From Atractiella rhizophila (taxonomy: Eukaryota): 64,000 bases of DNA. Positions 1 through 12,185 of the stretch are shown here, piece by piece. Each line of letters begins with the position of its first letter. Position 1 is the stretch's first letter. The stretch lies in assembly GCA_021432655.1 (NCBI GenBank), contig MU271360.1, forward strand, positions 1 through 64,000, given 5' to 3'. A program made the position numbers and the translations under genes. The notes below the pieces were generated by a model, which searched no databases, was not told the origin of the DNA, and was given only the letters and a program-made list of their open reading frames with translations.

Positions 1-288
1 TGTATCCATCACCGGAACTCAGATAGGATCCCCTCAGACCATAAAGTGGGTTCTCGTTACAATTTTTTGGGAGATTATGTTAAGGAACGGGTAAGGGAAA
101 TGCTCGACTTCGCCGCCGAGAAAGGCGTGAAGCCTTGGATCGAAATCAGGGACATGAAGGACGTTGAGCAGGCTTTGAAGGATGTAGAGGAGGGAAAGCC
201 CAAGTGTGTTTTCTTTCTCCCTCTTCCAATTTGGCAAGTAATCGATATCTGACCCATGTGCAGGTACCGCTATGTCCTGAAAAATTGA
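1..288 (+). CDS. 3' end of a medium-chain Zn-dependent (cinnamyl/NADP-type) alcohol dehydrogenase, truncated by the window edge
   Basis: Spliced reading VSITGTQIGSPQTIK / EMLDFAAEKGVKPWIEIRDMKDVEQALKDVEEGKPK / YRYVLKN* across two GT-AG introns. This matches the typical C-terminus of CAD/ADH6-like enzymes. TGA at 286-288. Confidence 0.85.
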
Positions 289-884
289 ACGTTGCAAATT
301 TGCATGAAAAAGGAAGAAAACAAAGAATCTGAAATACATGGTGTACGGTATACGCAGACAGAGGACTCATTACCAAATGTGCCGTTATTGATGTAGCCAC
401 ACAGTCTGTAGTAAGGATCAATAACAATAATATGTCATTCTTCTGCGATAGGCGAATTGATCTGGCCACAAAGACACATTGAGCGACCAGGTGCAGTAGG
501 ACACTGCACGCAAAGACTCTTGCACAACACATGTATAACGGCAACAAAGCCGTGAGTCCTTCCGATCATGAAATTCAGTGTAGCAGGATGAGCAACATCG
601 AATCAGTGCCGCATACTAAGCCATCCCGAGATTACATGGAGTAGTACGACATATGTGCTCTGAGATGTCTACATTGTCACACAACTGCGTTTACATGCGT
701 TTAGCGTGAAATACAAGTGGGTGGAAATGGTTTTGGGTTCATCAGCACCTAGCGTACGTTTAGCAAATTGCGACCGATATATGGCAAGTCTACACCGCCC
801 ATTTTACGGAAAGCCAACTCGAGCAATGACAGGAGTCTGAATTCATGAAGGAATCTCGAGAAGAGCGCCTACTTACAAAAGTTA

Positions 885-3030
885 CTAAGTAGTACGAGAC
901 CGAGAACTCCGAGAACCCCTCGTTCTTTTGTCTCTCCCTGAGTTCAATGCCCCCCCTCTCCTCTTGTTACTTGTCCCAGGTGGCGGAGTCGTCAAAGGAA
1001 CAGCTGGATCCTGCTCATTTTTCCATGCCTCATCTTTAAGAGCATTCCTTAACACAGCACGCATATTGGCATGAGTAGTCATCCGACGAATTCTCTCATC
1101 AGCCTTCAGATTAGCCTTTTGCTCCGGTGACTCCTCGTCCGCAAAAGCATCGAGAAGATTAGCTACAACGTCTGTGCGCGGGAGTAAACGGTAACTAAGG
1201 TTTTTGAAGAGAATTCCAAGTAGTCGCTTGAGCTGGGCAGTGGTGATTTGGAGTTGATCCACGCCAGCCATGATGACTCCACTCCGTCGCCGAATTGTCG
1301 CCTCGGTGTCGTTCTGAGGCTGTCTCATAAACTCATCCCGGAGCTTCTGGCGAGTTGATTCGTTCATATCGCTAACGGCATGTGATATTACTATCCAAGC
1401 TAGAACGTAAACGAAGGATTCGATATCGTCTTGTGCTTCATGTCGGACCTTGTCGTTGGAGGGAATCGCCTTCAACAGTCGTACAGACATGAACTCGTAA
1501 GTACCCTGTTCCCTTGTTAGGGATGATTTGAAGATCATCAGCTCAGTACGAACAGTTCGCTCTCTGGACTTCATGTTGTTGCTTCCCTTCGTTGCAAATT
1601 CCCAATCGATCAAATATCCCTGCGGATCGTCTTCGATAGGACCAAGAATAATGTTCCCGGAAGAGACATCTCGGTGCAGCATTTCTAGGTCCCTCCAAGC
1701 GCAAAAGTGTGCTGCGAGCAATGTGTTAGCGCTTAGATTCATTCAAGGAGAAGGGTGCTGCTCGCCTTCAAAGGCATCCGCACAAGCTTTCACGAGCTCA
1801 TGGCTCGATCTGAATTCGCTGAGCGGGCGTCCGACACTACCCAAAACGATTCGATAGTGTATGAATTTCCTCGGGCCGTCTTCAGTCGAGACCTCAGCGC
1901 GATGGAGCTCTCCCTCTACATCCTCTTCGGCGACGACTGGGAGAATGTTTGGCACTTGTGCCGCATGCAGCTCCTCATAGATCTTGCCTTCCGGACGGTA
2001 TTCGACATGTCGCCAGGTATCCTTGAGGAGGACGAGCCGTTTTTCAGCGGGATAGTACGCTTCGAAACATCTCGTTCCGCGGCCAGTAGGTTGATTGTGA
2101 CGAAAGATGAAAGGTTCCGAAAGGTAAAACGGCATCTTTTGCACCATGACCTTGAAGATTGGTTTGCCTGCTGCGACCTTGAGTTTCAACCTGGCCTCTT
2201 TGACATGCTCCTCGTCTTCGGTCCCCAAGTCCGATCTCATCGTCGTGTCACAGCCTCTATCCTCAGCCGAGGCGTGGGTATAGCGCCAAAAGAACTCTTG
2301 GAGGTAGGAGGTCTGCACGTAATCGAACAAAGGGGTCACTTCGAACCCGGCGCGGGAGTGACAAAGAAGGCGAGCGTTATGCCGTTGAACATAGAACGAA
2401 TACAATCGCGTTCTTGGTTGAGCAGAAAGAACGATGCTGCTGTAAAGTGTGAGTTGACCGCGCGACAACCGTGACATGTCCGCGTCATTTTCCTTCACCG
2501 TCCCATTCTCGTCATAAAAGGGTGCATCGTCAACTTTGAACTCGCCGATTATGCCAGCTTTCTTCATGACGGTATTCGACGTCCCCTTATGATCGTAGAG
2601 AATCATGTCCGGTTTGACGCTGTTGGCGCCAAATACGTCGTCGAAATCTCTGTCCACATTCTCACTCGTAATGACGAACTCCCAATTTGAATGGATGAAC
2701 GGTGACATGTACTCTTTCTAATCGACAGAAGTATGAGCAGGATTTTCTACAACCGAGGGCACTCACAAACTCGACATAATGCGTTGGTTCGAGCCCTAAC
2801 ATCTTGGGTGCCTGGAGAGGTTTGGCCGGCATCGGCAAATCGCTTGGTAGCAGTGGGAGCTTCTTCAGAAACTCTTTCACATCCAGCGTCATATACTTGC
2901 CCTTCATGTCATCGCATGCCAGCTGGAAGGCGACCAGGTTCTCCGTCGTTGGAGTGGCCACACCTCCTGAGTGAGGAGCTCGGTTTAGGCTTCTGTGGCG
3001 TGTCTTGTAGTGCGGGGGGATTGGCGACAT
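885..3030 (-). CDS. Fungal-type protein kinase (FunK1 / Pkinase_fungal family), about 4 exons
   Basis: Motifs GRGTRCF, LLKDTWR, HYRIVL..VGRPL, HRDVSSGNIIL, GYLIDWEFA, RT/GTYEFMS and HEAQDDIESFVYVL. Introns near 2718-2766, ~1710-1763 and ~1507-1553. Confidence 0.92.
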
Positions 3031-3320
3031 TGCGGTTGGCGAGCCCAGCCGGAGGAGGGGTGATTATGCTGAGAAACATATTGTCTAGTGTAGTCGATGG
3101 CCCCTTGTCCCATGCCTTGGCTGACCACCATCAATGTCAACGAATTGAACCCCCAAGGTCCAACCCTGCGCGTTCGCGAGATAATTGTTGGGAGGATGAG
3201 GCGCAGAAGGTGAGGTGTGTTGTTGTGTTTGCCGCGCGTTCCGATGCAGGAGCAAACATGTGGCACTTCACCGCAAGTCTGGTCTTATCAGGAGGCACAA
3301 TCCTAATTTCTTTACTTAAT

Positions 3321-3440
3321 CACATTAAAACACATTTATCGTGCTCAATTTTGTGTAATTGGGGTAATTTAGGTATGCTTACACATTAAAACACATTTAA
3401 CGTGCTCAATTTGTGTAATTGGGTAATTTAGATATGCTTC
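3321..3440. repeat. AT-rich ~60-bp direct tandem repeat (2 copies, plus a degenerate third copy to ~3498)
   Basis: CACATTAAAACACATTTAwCGTGCTCAATTT(T)GTGTAATTGGG(G)TAATTTAGrTATGCTT at 3321-3381 and 3382-3440. Confidence 0.9.
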
Positions 3441-5481
3441 GCACTCCGTAACAAAATCACATCAAGCATCGCATTTCTGTGTGATTGGGCATATTTTACC
3501 CTCAAGCTCAAATCCTATTGTAACGAGGTGAGCAGAGCACATTCTAGGACATCTTTGCATAACTTCAAGGCTTGGTACGCAGTTTCTAAGGACTCTTACA
3601 GAAAGCGCTTGTCCCTGTTGGTTGTGGATTGAGGCCAACTAGTAGCGAGCAGCTCTCACCCCGTCACTGCAACGTCCTTCACTTTCACTAATGTATCCTA
3701 CACAAATACTGCAACATTATCCTGAGCTTTGTAGGTGTTCTCATGTGCCATACAGTGAGCAATACTCTTGCCCAACTCTGGGATTTCATCTTCATCTTCA
3801 AGCCGACGACAAGCTCAACTTCCAGTTGACAGTGATGAATTCTGAACTCGAGTTCTACCTGAAATCATGCAGGAAATCCTAGTTGCTCTTCGCGACGATG
3901 CCCTTTCAAGTTGGCAACGAGCGCAACGAGCGCACAACAACTGCCTGTTCATCGACCACCGCTCTTCGCGTTTGCCTCTCCCGCATCGAAATGTATCGCC
4001 TCTCCCGCAACAAAGCGTCCGATTTCGATATCGGCACTCAGAGCGCTCAGATAACATCACATGGGATTGAATCATCAGATAATGACAATAAATCACAGCT
4101 GAGCAGATTTTGCAACTTCCTGAACCGACATCCCAACCTTTTCTACACATCTATTCCTTCCGCTACCACACAGCATCGTAATCCCATCTAGAGGGGATGA
4201 ACAACCTTCAAACTCTTTCTCTAAGTACTGTGGGCAGAGATGAGCTGATTGCGCTTCAACCATTGCGTGCGCTGAGGAAGTTATTGATGGAGAGTTGAGG
4301 TTGGAGGATGCTTCGAAACATTGGAGCATTGGTCTATGATCCGACCAATTGAATATTCTCCGTCAGATTCAGCATTGGAATCGATACCCTGCTTTCGAAA
4401 CCTCAAGCACATCCTACAGACAATAAGGTGTCTCCTTTTGCTCTCATTCGACATTCGTATGTTCGGCGAGTCTGTAATAGAGAACCTGACGGTCTGGGGA
4501 GATGGAGAGAACGTCTCTCCGCTCCTCAAACAATGGCTTCTAGCCTCAAAAGTTACGATCAACTTTCGCGTGAAGGTACAGCGAATGACAGGGCCGGTCT
4601 CCATATCATGCTGCAATTGGAACTGTTGCGATTAGGATAGTGGTCCGAATTAGGTGTGGGGAGAGATGTTGAGAAGATAACAAATGTGGAGGGATAGAAT
4701 CCCTGCCTCTGTTACATAAACTTCTGCAGCTGATGTGCTGCGTGGTGACGGGAATCACGCAGCATTTAGATACCAAGTTGTTTCGCAATCGTCGCCAATA
4801 ATGTACAAGAAGAACTGTGTTTCATCCTTTTAACCTACACTTTTATGCCAATTCGACGAGTGAGAAAGTTGAGAATCAAAGCTCTTCATCTCTGAATCGT
4901 GGAAATGCGCTCCCCATCTTCGCCGAAAGAGCTCTCTGTCCCACCTCCTTACTGTCCAAACTCTCGGTCTCCCCATCCACCTAAGTTTCGCCAGAAAAGA
5001 ACCGATTTTTGCTCATGACAGGACTTTCAGTTTGTCAACAAGTTAAAGTCGTTGTGTTGTATGAGGCAATAACGCATCACGTAAGGAAGACACAAACTAG
5101 TGCCTCCTAGTATCGTGCAACAATGCCTTGGCCAGAGAAGATGATGGCTCTGCGGTGGGTGAAGGAGCGTTATGTTTCAGGGGTTGTTTTTCCCCTCACA
5201 ACCCTCGCCAGCGCTCGAGATTCAAATTGTGGGATGGGCGTACCTTTACTTTACATCTAAATATCGTCATTCCCTATCCAAGTGCCCTATTTCTCCCTCC
5301 AATACCTACCTAAGAGACCTAAGAGATCGTAACCTGATCAGGTGACATGATGCGCGGTGATGTGACGAAACTAGACTAAGTAAACGACGAACGAGTATCG
5401 ATAGGGGTCTCTCAATCTTTTTCTTTCCCAGCCGCCAGCTGCAGCCACGAAGAGCGGCCACACCACGCGAACACGAGCACG

Positions 5482-8400
5482 ATGAGCTCCTACGACGAGT
5501 TCGGCAACAAGTCCACATCCGCCTCCCGCGACATCAACTCCACCGTGTCCTCCAGCAGCAGCTCCACCTCCGCCAACGCCAAGCTGTTCGACTACCAGGC
5601 CCGCCTGCTCTCCCGCACGTCCTCCGTCTCCTCCGTCCGCTCCAACTCCACCGTCCAGACCTCCATTCCCTCCGTCGGGTCCGCCTATCGATCCTCTTTC
5701 GATGCAGCCAGAGATTTGGGTTCTACAGGCGCTGCAGAGAAGGAGAGGGAGAGACTGCCCGGCGCCAATCTGAAGAGGAGCAGCTGGCAGCCGGGATCCA
5801 GTTCGTATTCTTATAGGAGCGGAGCAATGTCCGCTGGGGTCGGAGGCGCAGGAGCGGGAGGGTTCGATGCTATGCGTGCGAGGTTCTCTGGAGGCGCTGC
5901 GAGCGCTTCTCCTCCCATGCCATCTCCGAGTCCGCCACCTCGGCCACCGTCTGCAGGAATAGTGCGTCCGCCATCCGCTGATTCTTTGGGCGGCGGGAGC
6001 ATGGTGGGCAAGGAGCGATCGACGTACAACCGTCAACTGCCTCGACTCTCGTCCGCTGACGCTCCGTCTCCTCTATCATCTGAACTATCTTTCGTCTCTG
6101 GAGGTGCACTCAGAGGAGCAAACATCTTGCCTTCCTCCGTCGCCTCCTCTGCCTACTCCCACACACCATTGTCCTCTCATCGACACACCCAAAGCGTCCC
6201 TTCCATCTCCACACCTCCTCCGCTCTCTCACACCACCTCCACCCCACCTTCCATCCAACGCTCCACCCCTCCCCCTCCTTCCTCCACCCCAGTCTTCGGC
6301 CGCGCTCACTCCCAACCTTCCACCAACACCATCGGCTCCAATGCCGACGAAGAGGCACCGCGGCCTGAATTCCTCAACTCCCTCCTCGCCGAAACCTCGA
6401 CCTCCTCCCGCTCACACAGACGCTCTCAAACCCTCCCACGCCTCGAATTGGACCCCTACGCGCTCTCCTCAGCCGCCAGCGCCGCGGGGTTCGCGGACGA
6501 AGCCAACTCTCCGACCGCGTTGACTGCCCGTCCCTCGTCCGCTAGTGCGGCGAGCTCTTCGACCGGATTCTTGGATCGACCGAGAGCGGAGAGTTTTGGG
6601 AGTTCCGGATTAGGAGGAGGAGGAGGAGGGAGAAGGAGTGGGGGTTTGGGAGCTGGTGGGATGGGAGGATTGGGTGTTGGGAGGAGTCCGACGGTGTTGA
6701 TGGGTATGGGACGGAATCGGAGGATCCCGAGCGAGGTGGCGGAGGTGGTGGATGAGATCGATTACGAGCTGTCGAACGATCCCGGTCCCTCGTCCCTCCA
6801 ACATAGGTCGTCTAATTCGCACCCGCACTCTCATTCCCATCCTAAACCGCGGGGCTTGGATTCGGCGGGCGAGGTTGGGGGGACGGGGAGGGTGAGGTTG
6901 GCGAGGAAGGAGTCGGATGAGGGGGGATGGAATGGATTGAAGAGCTTGGAGAAGCAGAGAGACCTCGTGCAGGCTTATGAGTATCTGTGCCATGTGGGAG
7001 AGGCGAAGGCGTGGATGGACCGGTGTCTGATCAGCGGTGGAGAGCCGGAGGGAACGGGAGGAAGCATCGTTGAACTCGAACTCAATTTGAGAGATGGAGT
7101 CGTGCTCGCGAAGCTCGCGAGAAGGTTTAAGGGACAGACTTTTGTTCCTAGGATCTTTATTCATCCCAAACTTCAGTTTAGACATTCGGATAACATCAAC
7201 GCTTTCTTTCGATTCGTCAGAGCAGAGGGTCTACCCGAGGTTTGTCCCCTCCGCCTCTTCCTCTCCTGAACATTAGTCGTTGATGATGGACGTGTCATAG
7301 ATATTCTCTTTCGAACTCACGGACCTATACGAAGCCAAGAACCTGCCGAAAGTGATATATTGCATCCATGCACTCTCTCACTTCCTCGCCCGGAAGGGAA
7401 TGGCAGAGAAGATTGGAAATCTGGTCGGCAAGCTGGAGTTCTCACAGGACGATCTTCACAATACCAAGAAAGGCCTTGAATCGTCTGGAGTCGCGATGCC
7501 CAACTTTGGAGGCATTGGAAAGGCTTTGGCGAAGGAGACGGGAGATGTTGAACCTGAACCTGAACCTGAACCTGAACCTGAAGAGACGGAGGAAGAGAGG
7601 ATAGAACGGGAACTTGCGGAGTGCGAGAGGGAAATAGTCTCACTCCAGGCAGGGGTAAGAGGGGTCTTAGCGAGGAGGAGGGAAGAAGAGAAGAAGAGGC
7701 TGTTGAAAGAGGCGAAGAGGGATGTGGTGGGATTCCAGGCGAGAGCGAGGGGGATGATTGCTAGGCGGACGTTTGCGGAGGCGCTCGAGGTGAAGCGCGG
7801 CGTGGATCGGTGGACCGTCACTTTGCAGGCTGCGGTCAGGGGCAAGTTGGCTAGAAGCGCGAGGAAGGAAAGAGAGACTGCTCTCAGGGACACAGAGGAC
7901 GTCGTCCCCTTCCTCCAAGCTCACATTCGCGGCGCTCTCGTCCGTTCTCGACTTGCGAAACTTCGCGGAGCGCTGAGGATGGCCACGAGGGAGACGCAGG
8001 CGTTGCAAGCTCTGTTGAAGGGCAAACTGGGTAGGCAGAAGCATAGGACGATGGTGCAGCGATTGTGGAGCGAGGATTATGGCGATTTTGCTATCCGACT
8101 CCAGGCTCAAATTCGCGGTGTCCTCATACGGAGAAACTTCTTCTCCAACATTCGTGCGCTCGACGATGAGGAAGCTACGGTCAAAGGTTTCCAGGCGCTC
8201 GCGAGAGGATTCTTGGCGAGGAAGAGGTACGAGGACACGATTATGGAGCTCTCCGAAGCCGTCGTCGAAGTCGTTGGCTTCCAAGGCGTCCTTCGTGGTG
8301 TCTTGGCTCGGCGACAACTGCTGAACAAGATTCGAGCTCTTCGAGGGGCGGAAGACGCTGTGACTGGCCTTCAAGCTCATGCCAGAGGTGGATTGGCACG

Positions 8401-11400
8401 CGCCGAGTTCAGAAGGATGAGCAGGGCGCTGCAACGTGTGGAAGTCAGTAGGGGCGTCGGCGGATTGCAAGCGTTCGCGAGAGCGGCGCTGGCGAGGAAG
8501 AAGGTGGTGCAACAGAAGAAGGAGCTCGATTTCGTCGCCCCCGATGTCGTTGGTTTTCAGGCTCAGGTCCGTGGTGCGCTTGTGAGGAGGGAGTTCACGA
8601 GTTGGAGGGACTATCTCCTTGATTCTCAACCTGAAGCGGTCTACCTTCAGGCTCTTGTGAGAGGGTTTCTAGCGAGGAGGAGATTCTGGATGCGCATGAG
8701 GCATTTTGAGGAACATATGGAGAAGATTGTCAAGATCCAATCCATTTTTAGGGGCAAGCAGCAGGTCGAGCAGTATAAGCAGTTGACGATGGGGAAGAAC
8801 GTGCCCCTGGAGACAATCAAGAACTTCATCCATCTCCTCAATGATTCTGACTTCGAATTCAACCAAGAAATCGAGGTCGAGAACTGCGACAGGAGGTGGT
8901 GAAGGTCATTCGATCCAATCAAAACCTCGAACAGGATGTGACGGAACTAGAGGTCAAGAACGCCCTTCTTGTCAAGAATAAGATCACACTGGACGAAGTG
9001 GCTCGGGCTCGACGCAGCGTTGGAGGGACAATCGGCGCTGGACATCGAAACAGTATTCTCGCAGCCCACAAGGATCCTTTCGCCTCCACTCTGGATCGAG
9101 ATTCGAAACGGAAACTGGAGCTGTACCAACAATTGTTCTACCTCCTGCAGACCAAACCTGAATACCTCGCGAGACTCTTCGCCATCCTGGGCAAAAACGG
9201 GATGGCAGAGAAGAACCGCAAGGTTTTTGAAGGAGTCGTCCTTACTCTCTTTGGATATGCACAGAATTCCAGGGAGGAGTTCTTGCTCCTCCGCGTTTTG
9301 CAGGTAAGTGATCGTCCACATGCACCATGAAAGGAAAACTGATGCGTTGTTCATCAGTCTGCCGTCCAAGAAGAAATGCAGTCGCTGCAAACCGTCGAAG
9401 ACTTTATCCACGGAAAATTCATGTTCATCAACCTTTGTGTACAATATGGTCGTGGTCTTAAGGAGAGAAAATACTTGCGCGACACTCTTGCCCCCCTCGT
9501 GGACAGCATCATTAGTCACAAAGACCTTGGACCTGGAGACTGATCCAGTGAAGGTATGCTGTTTTATGCATTTTCTGTGCTTCCTCCTGTTCATGGCTGA
9601 TCGTAATTTCAAGATTTATCGCGCTTGCATTACGTCCGAAGAGTCTCGAACTGGTCTTGCCAGCAGACGACCCATCGATGTTAATTTTCCACCAAGCATT
9701 GCAAGACGAGGAGACCCAGCGCATGTTCATCAAGCGTATGTTGTACCTTCGTCATAAATGTATCCTCACTATTGTCGACAGATCTTCAATTGCTTCGAGC
9801 TACCACTGAGTCTTTCCTTAATGGGTTAACTGCCTCGACACGACGGATGCCTTATGGGTTGCGATTCTTTTCCCGGGAAGTGTTCTTTGCATTGAAGGTG
9901 CGTGCAACTACTGCATCTGCTGTAAATGCTCACTAAGATTTCCTAGGCGAGGTTTCCCGAAGAGGTGGAGGAGACCCTTGTCCGAGTTGCATGCTACTTC
10001 CTTTACTATCGTTTTATCAACCCTGCCATTGTGTACGTCGTTTCCGTTCGATCCGTGAAGCCCGCTGAATTGTTCTGGAAGTGCACCTGAGGCTCTTGGT
10101 GTTGTGGATAAGACAATCGATCCTTTACAGAGGGCAAATTTAGCCGAAGTTTCGAAAATGCTCAACCAGATATCGATTGGCCGATTGTTCGGAAACGAGA
10201 ATCCTTACCTCCAACCTTTGAACGAATATGTCACTTTCGCCACAAACAAGATGTCGACTTGGTTCAGAGAAGGTGAGTATAGTTCTCTATTGTGATAGCA
10301 AAGGCTCATTCCCAGGTAGTCATTGATGTCGTCGATGCTGATCAATACTTCCATGCGGACGAATATCTGGACCACACTATTTCGAAACCTGTCATCTACA
10401 TCTCTCCGAATGAAATTTATGCCACTCACTCGCTAGTCATGCAACATCTGCAATACGTCGTGAGTAGTCTTACTCACTCGTTATTAGGCGCTCATGATGG
10501 TCAGGCTCCTGGAAATGACAATCCTCTTCGCTCCTGTCTCATCGAACTGGGGCTGCTCCTTCAACCCATGCTTCCGACGACCTTGATGCCGCTCGATCAT
10601 CTGAAGTGGCGTTGACTTTGACAAATCGGTTCTCAGAGGTTAGAGATCCGCACTCTGAAGAGAAAAATCTATTCGTCAAGACGAAACGATACGTTTTGTC
10701 TCTCCTCAAGGTGCAGCACGGCTCGAATCTTGTTGAGACATTCCTTCTTCCAGTAACCGAGGAGAACGAGGAGGCGTGGGCAAGAGTCATTGCAGAGGAA
10801 CTCGATCAGGACAGGAAGGAACTGAGCCGTCGACACAAGGCTCTCCCTTCGCCTGACATGGCAAACCAGCTGGAGGATGTGCGGAAGTAAGCTGATTTGT
10901 TCCCATGCTTTCGGCTTGCTGAGTTAGTTCGTGCAGCCTATCCTTCAAAGAGCTCAAGGTCAGGACCTTGGAGAACATGCTCAAGTTGGAACAACTTGGA
11001 AAGGTCACCAGAGCCAACAATTATCAAGATATGCTCAATGCTATCGCTAATGACATTCGAATGAAGCGTAAGCTTGATGCAGATTCATCCAAGCTACGCT
11101 AAGAGCTGGCGCTAGATCGCAAACGAATGCAACGAGAAGCGGACATGAAGAACATGTATACGACCCTTTCTACGCTAGAGGACAAACGCACCTACCTTCA
11201 GGATCAGATCAAGAAGTACCATGAGCACATCGAGTCATCGATGGCAACGATGCAGAAAAAGGGAAAGAAGAAGCGACTAGTTCTGCCTTGGACCAGCCAG
11301 TATTTCCATATGCGGCATCTTGAAAAGATGGGTAAAGTACCTCAATTCGGAAGGTTCGTGCTCTTTCTCATCGGGAGCACCAAACGCTGACTCTTCATGG

Positions 11401-11803
11401 CAGCTACAAATACACAGCACAAAGGCTGCATGAAAAGGGAGTGCTTATTTCTATTGAGCAACACTCGGCTAGGGAGCTGCATAACATCTCACTTACGATT
11501 AGCAGCGACGAGGTTGGAGTTTTCTTGATCGAATGTGCTCATTCGGGTGTGCCGATACCTGGTGGAACCATCGAATTGCGGATGGAGGATCTAGTGCGTG
11601 TCCATATCGCTGTTGTTTGTCCAGGAGAACTAAGAACTGTTTACAGCTGGAGAGACAATTTAATAACGCGCAAACGATCAATATCAACTCTGTTGCAAAG
11701 TTTAACTTGAATCTCCTCTTATTCTTGATAAACAAAAAGTAAGCTCTCTCTCGACTCGCGGAATAGAAGCTCACGCTGAGGTTGTGACAGATTTTATGTG
11801 TAA
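5482..11803 (+). CDS. IQG1: IQGAP-related cytokinesis scaffold (CH domain, many IQ motifs, RasGAP-related domain, RasGAP_C); four apparent 1-nt frameshifts
   Basis: AYEYLCHVGEAKAW...LRDGVVLAKL...LQFRHSDNIN (IQGAP CH domain); repeated FQAxxRGxLAR IQ motifs; YQQLFYLLQTKPEYLARL; FLYYRFINPAIV; RANLAEVSKMLNQI; C-terminal FNLNLLLFLINKKFYV*. Confidence 0.95.
7550..7579 (+). repeat. Coding hexanucleotide microsatellite (GAACCT)5 encoding EPEPEPEPEP in IQGAP
   Basis: Five perfect GAACCT units. Confidence 0.95.
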
Positions 11804-12110
11804 TTTGTACGCATTTCTCACCATTTCACCGCACTTCTTTCGTATTTCAGCTGTTGTGCTCTTTGCTCTTTGTCTTCCCTAAAATCCCACAACCTTTGGT
11901 ATATGCAAGTAGATAGAAAGTAGGAAGGACGTGTCTGTAATTCTAATGTGCCATAGTCCACACAGAGCTTTGCCTGTTCTCCATCCATTTTGTTTCGACT
12001 ATTGCTTATTATAGCTTGGAACATGAAACTTTACATATGATCAAGCTACCTGTGCATCTACCAAATCTAACATCTTGAGAGGAGTGACAGGAACTCGCCA
12101 GCATCCCTAA

Positions 12111-12118
12111 TCACGTGA
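12111..12118. promoter_or_regulatory. Candidate bHLH (Cbf1/USF-like) E-box TCACGTGA upstream of the phosphotransferase gene
   Basis: Palindrome ~70 nt before ATG 12186. CACGTG also lies upstream of other starts (14053, 18271, 37914, 43253/43973, 58519). Confidence 0.35.
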
Positions 12119-12185
12119 AATGTCCTGTTGTCTTTCGCGGCCAGCCCAATTTGTCGAGTTCTAAGTAAACCCAGTTGGGAGGACG

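Noticed and set aside
7456..8629. Long antisense ORFs opposite IQGAP (also 1755-2474, 6610-7185, 39326-39925)
   Set aside because: Shadow ORFs of real coding strands with no recognisable motifs.
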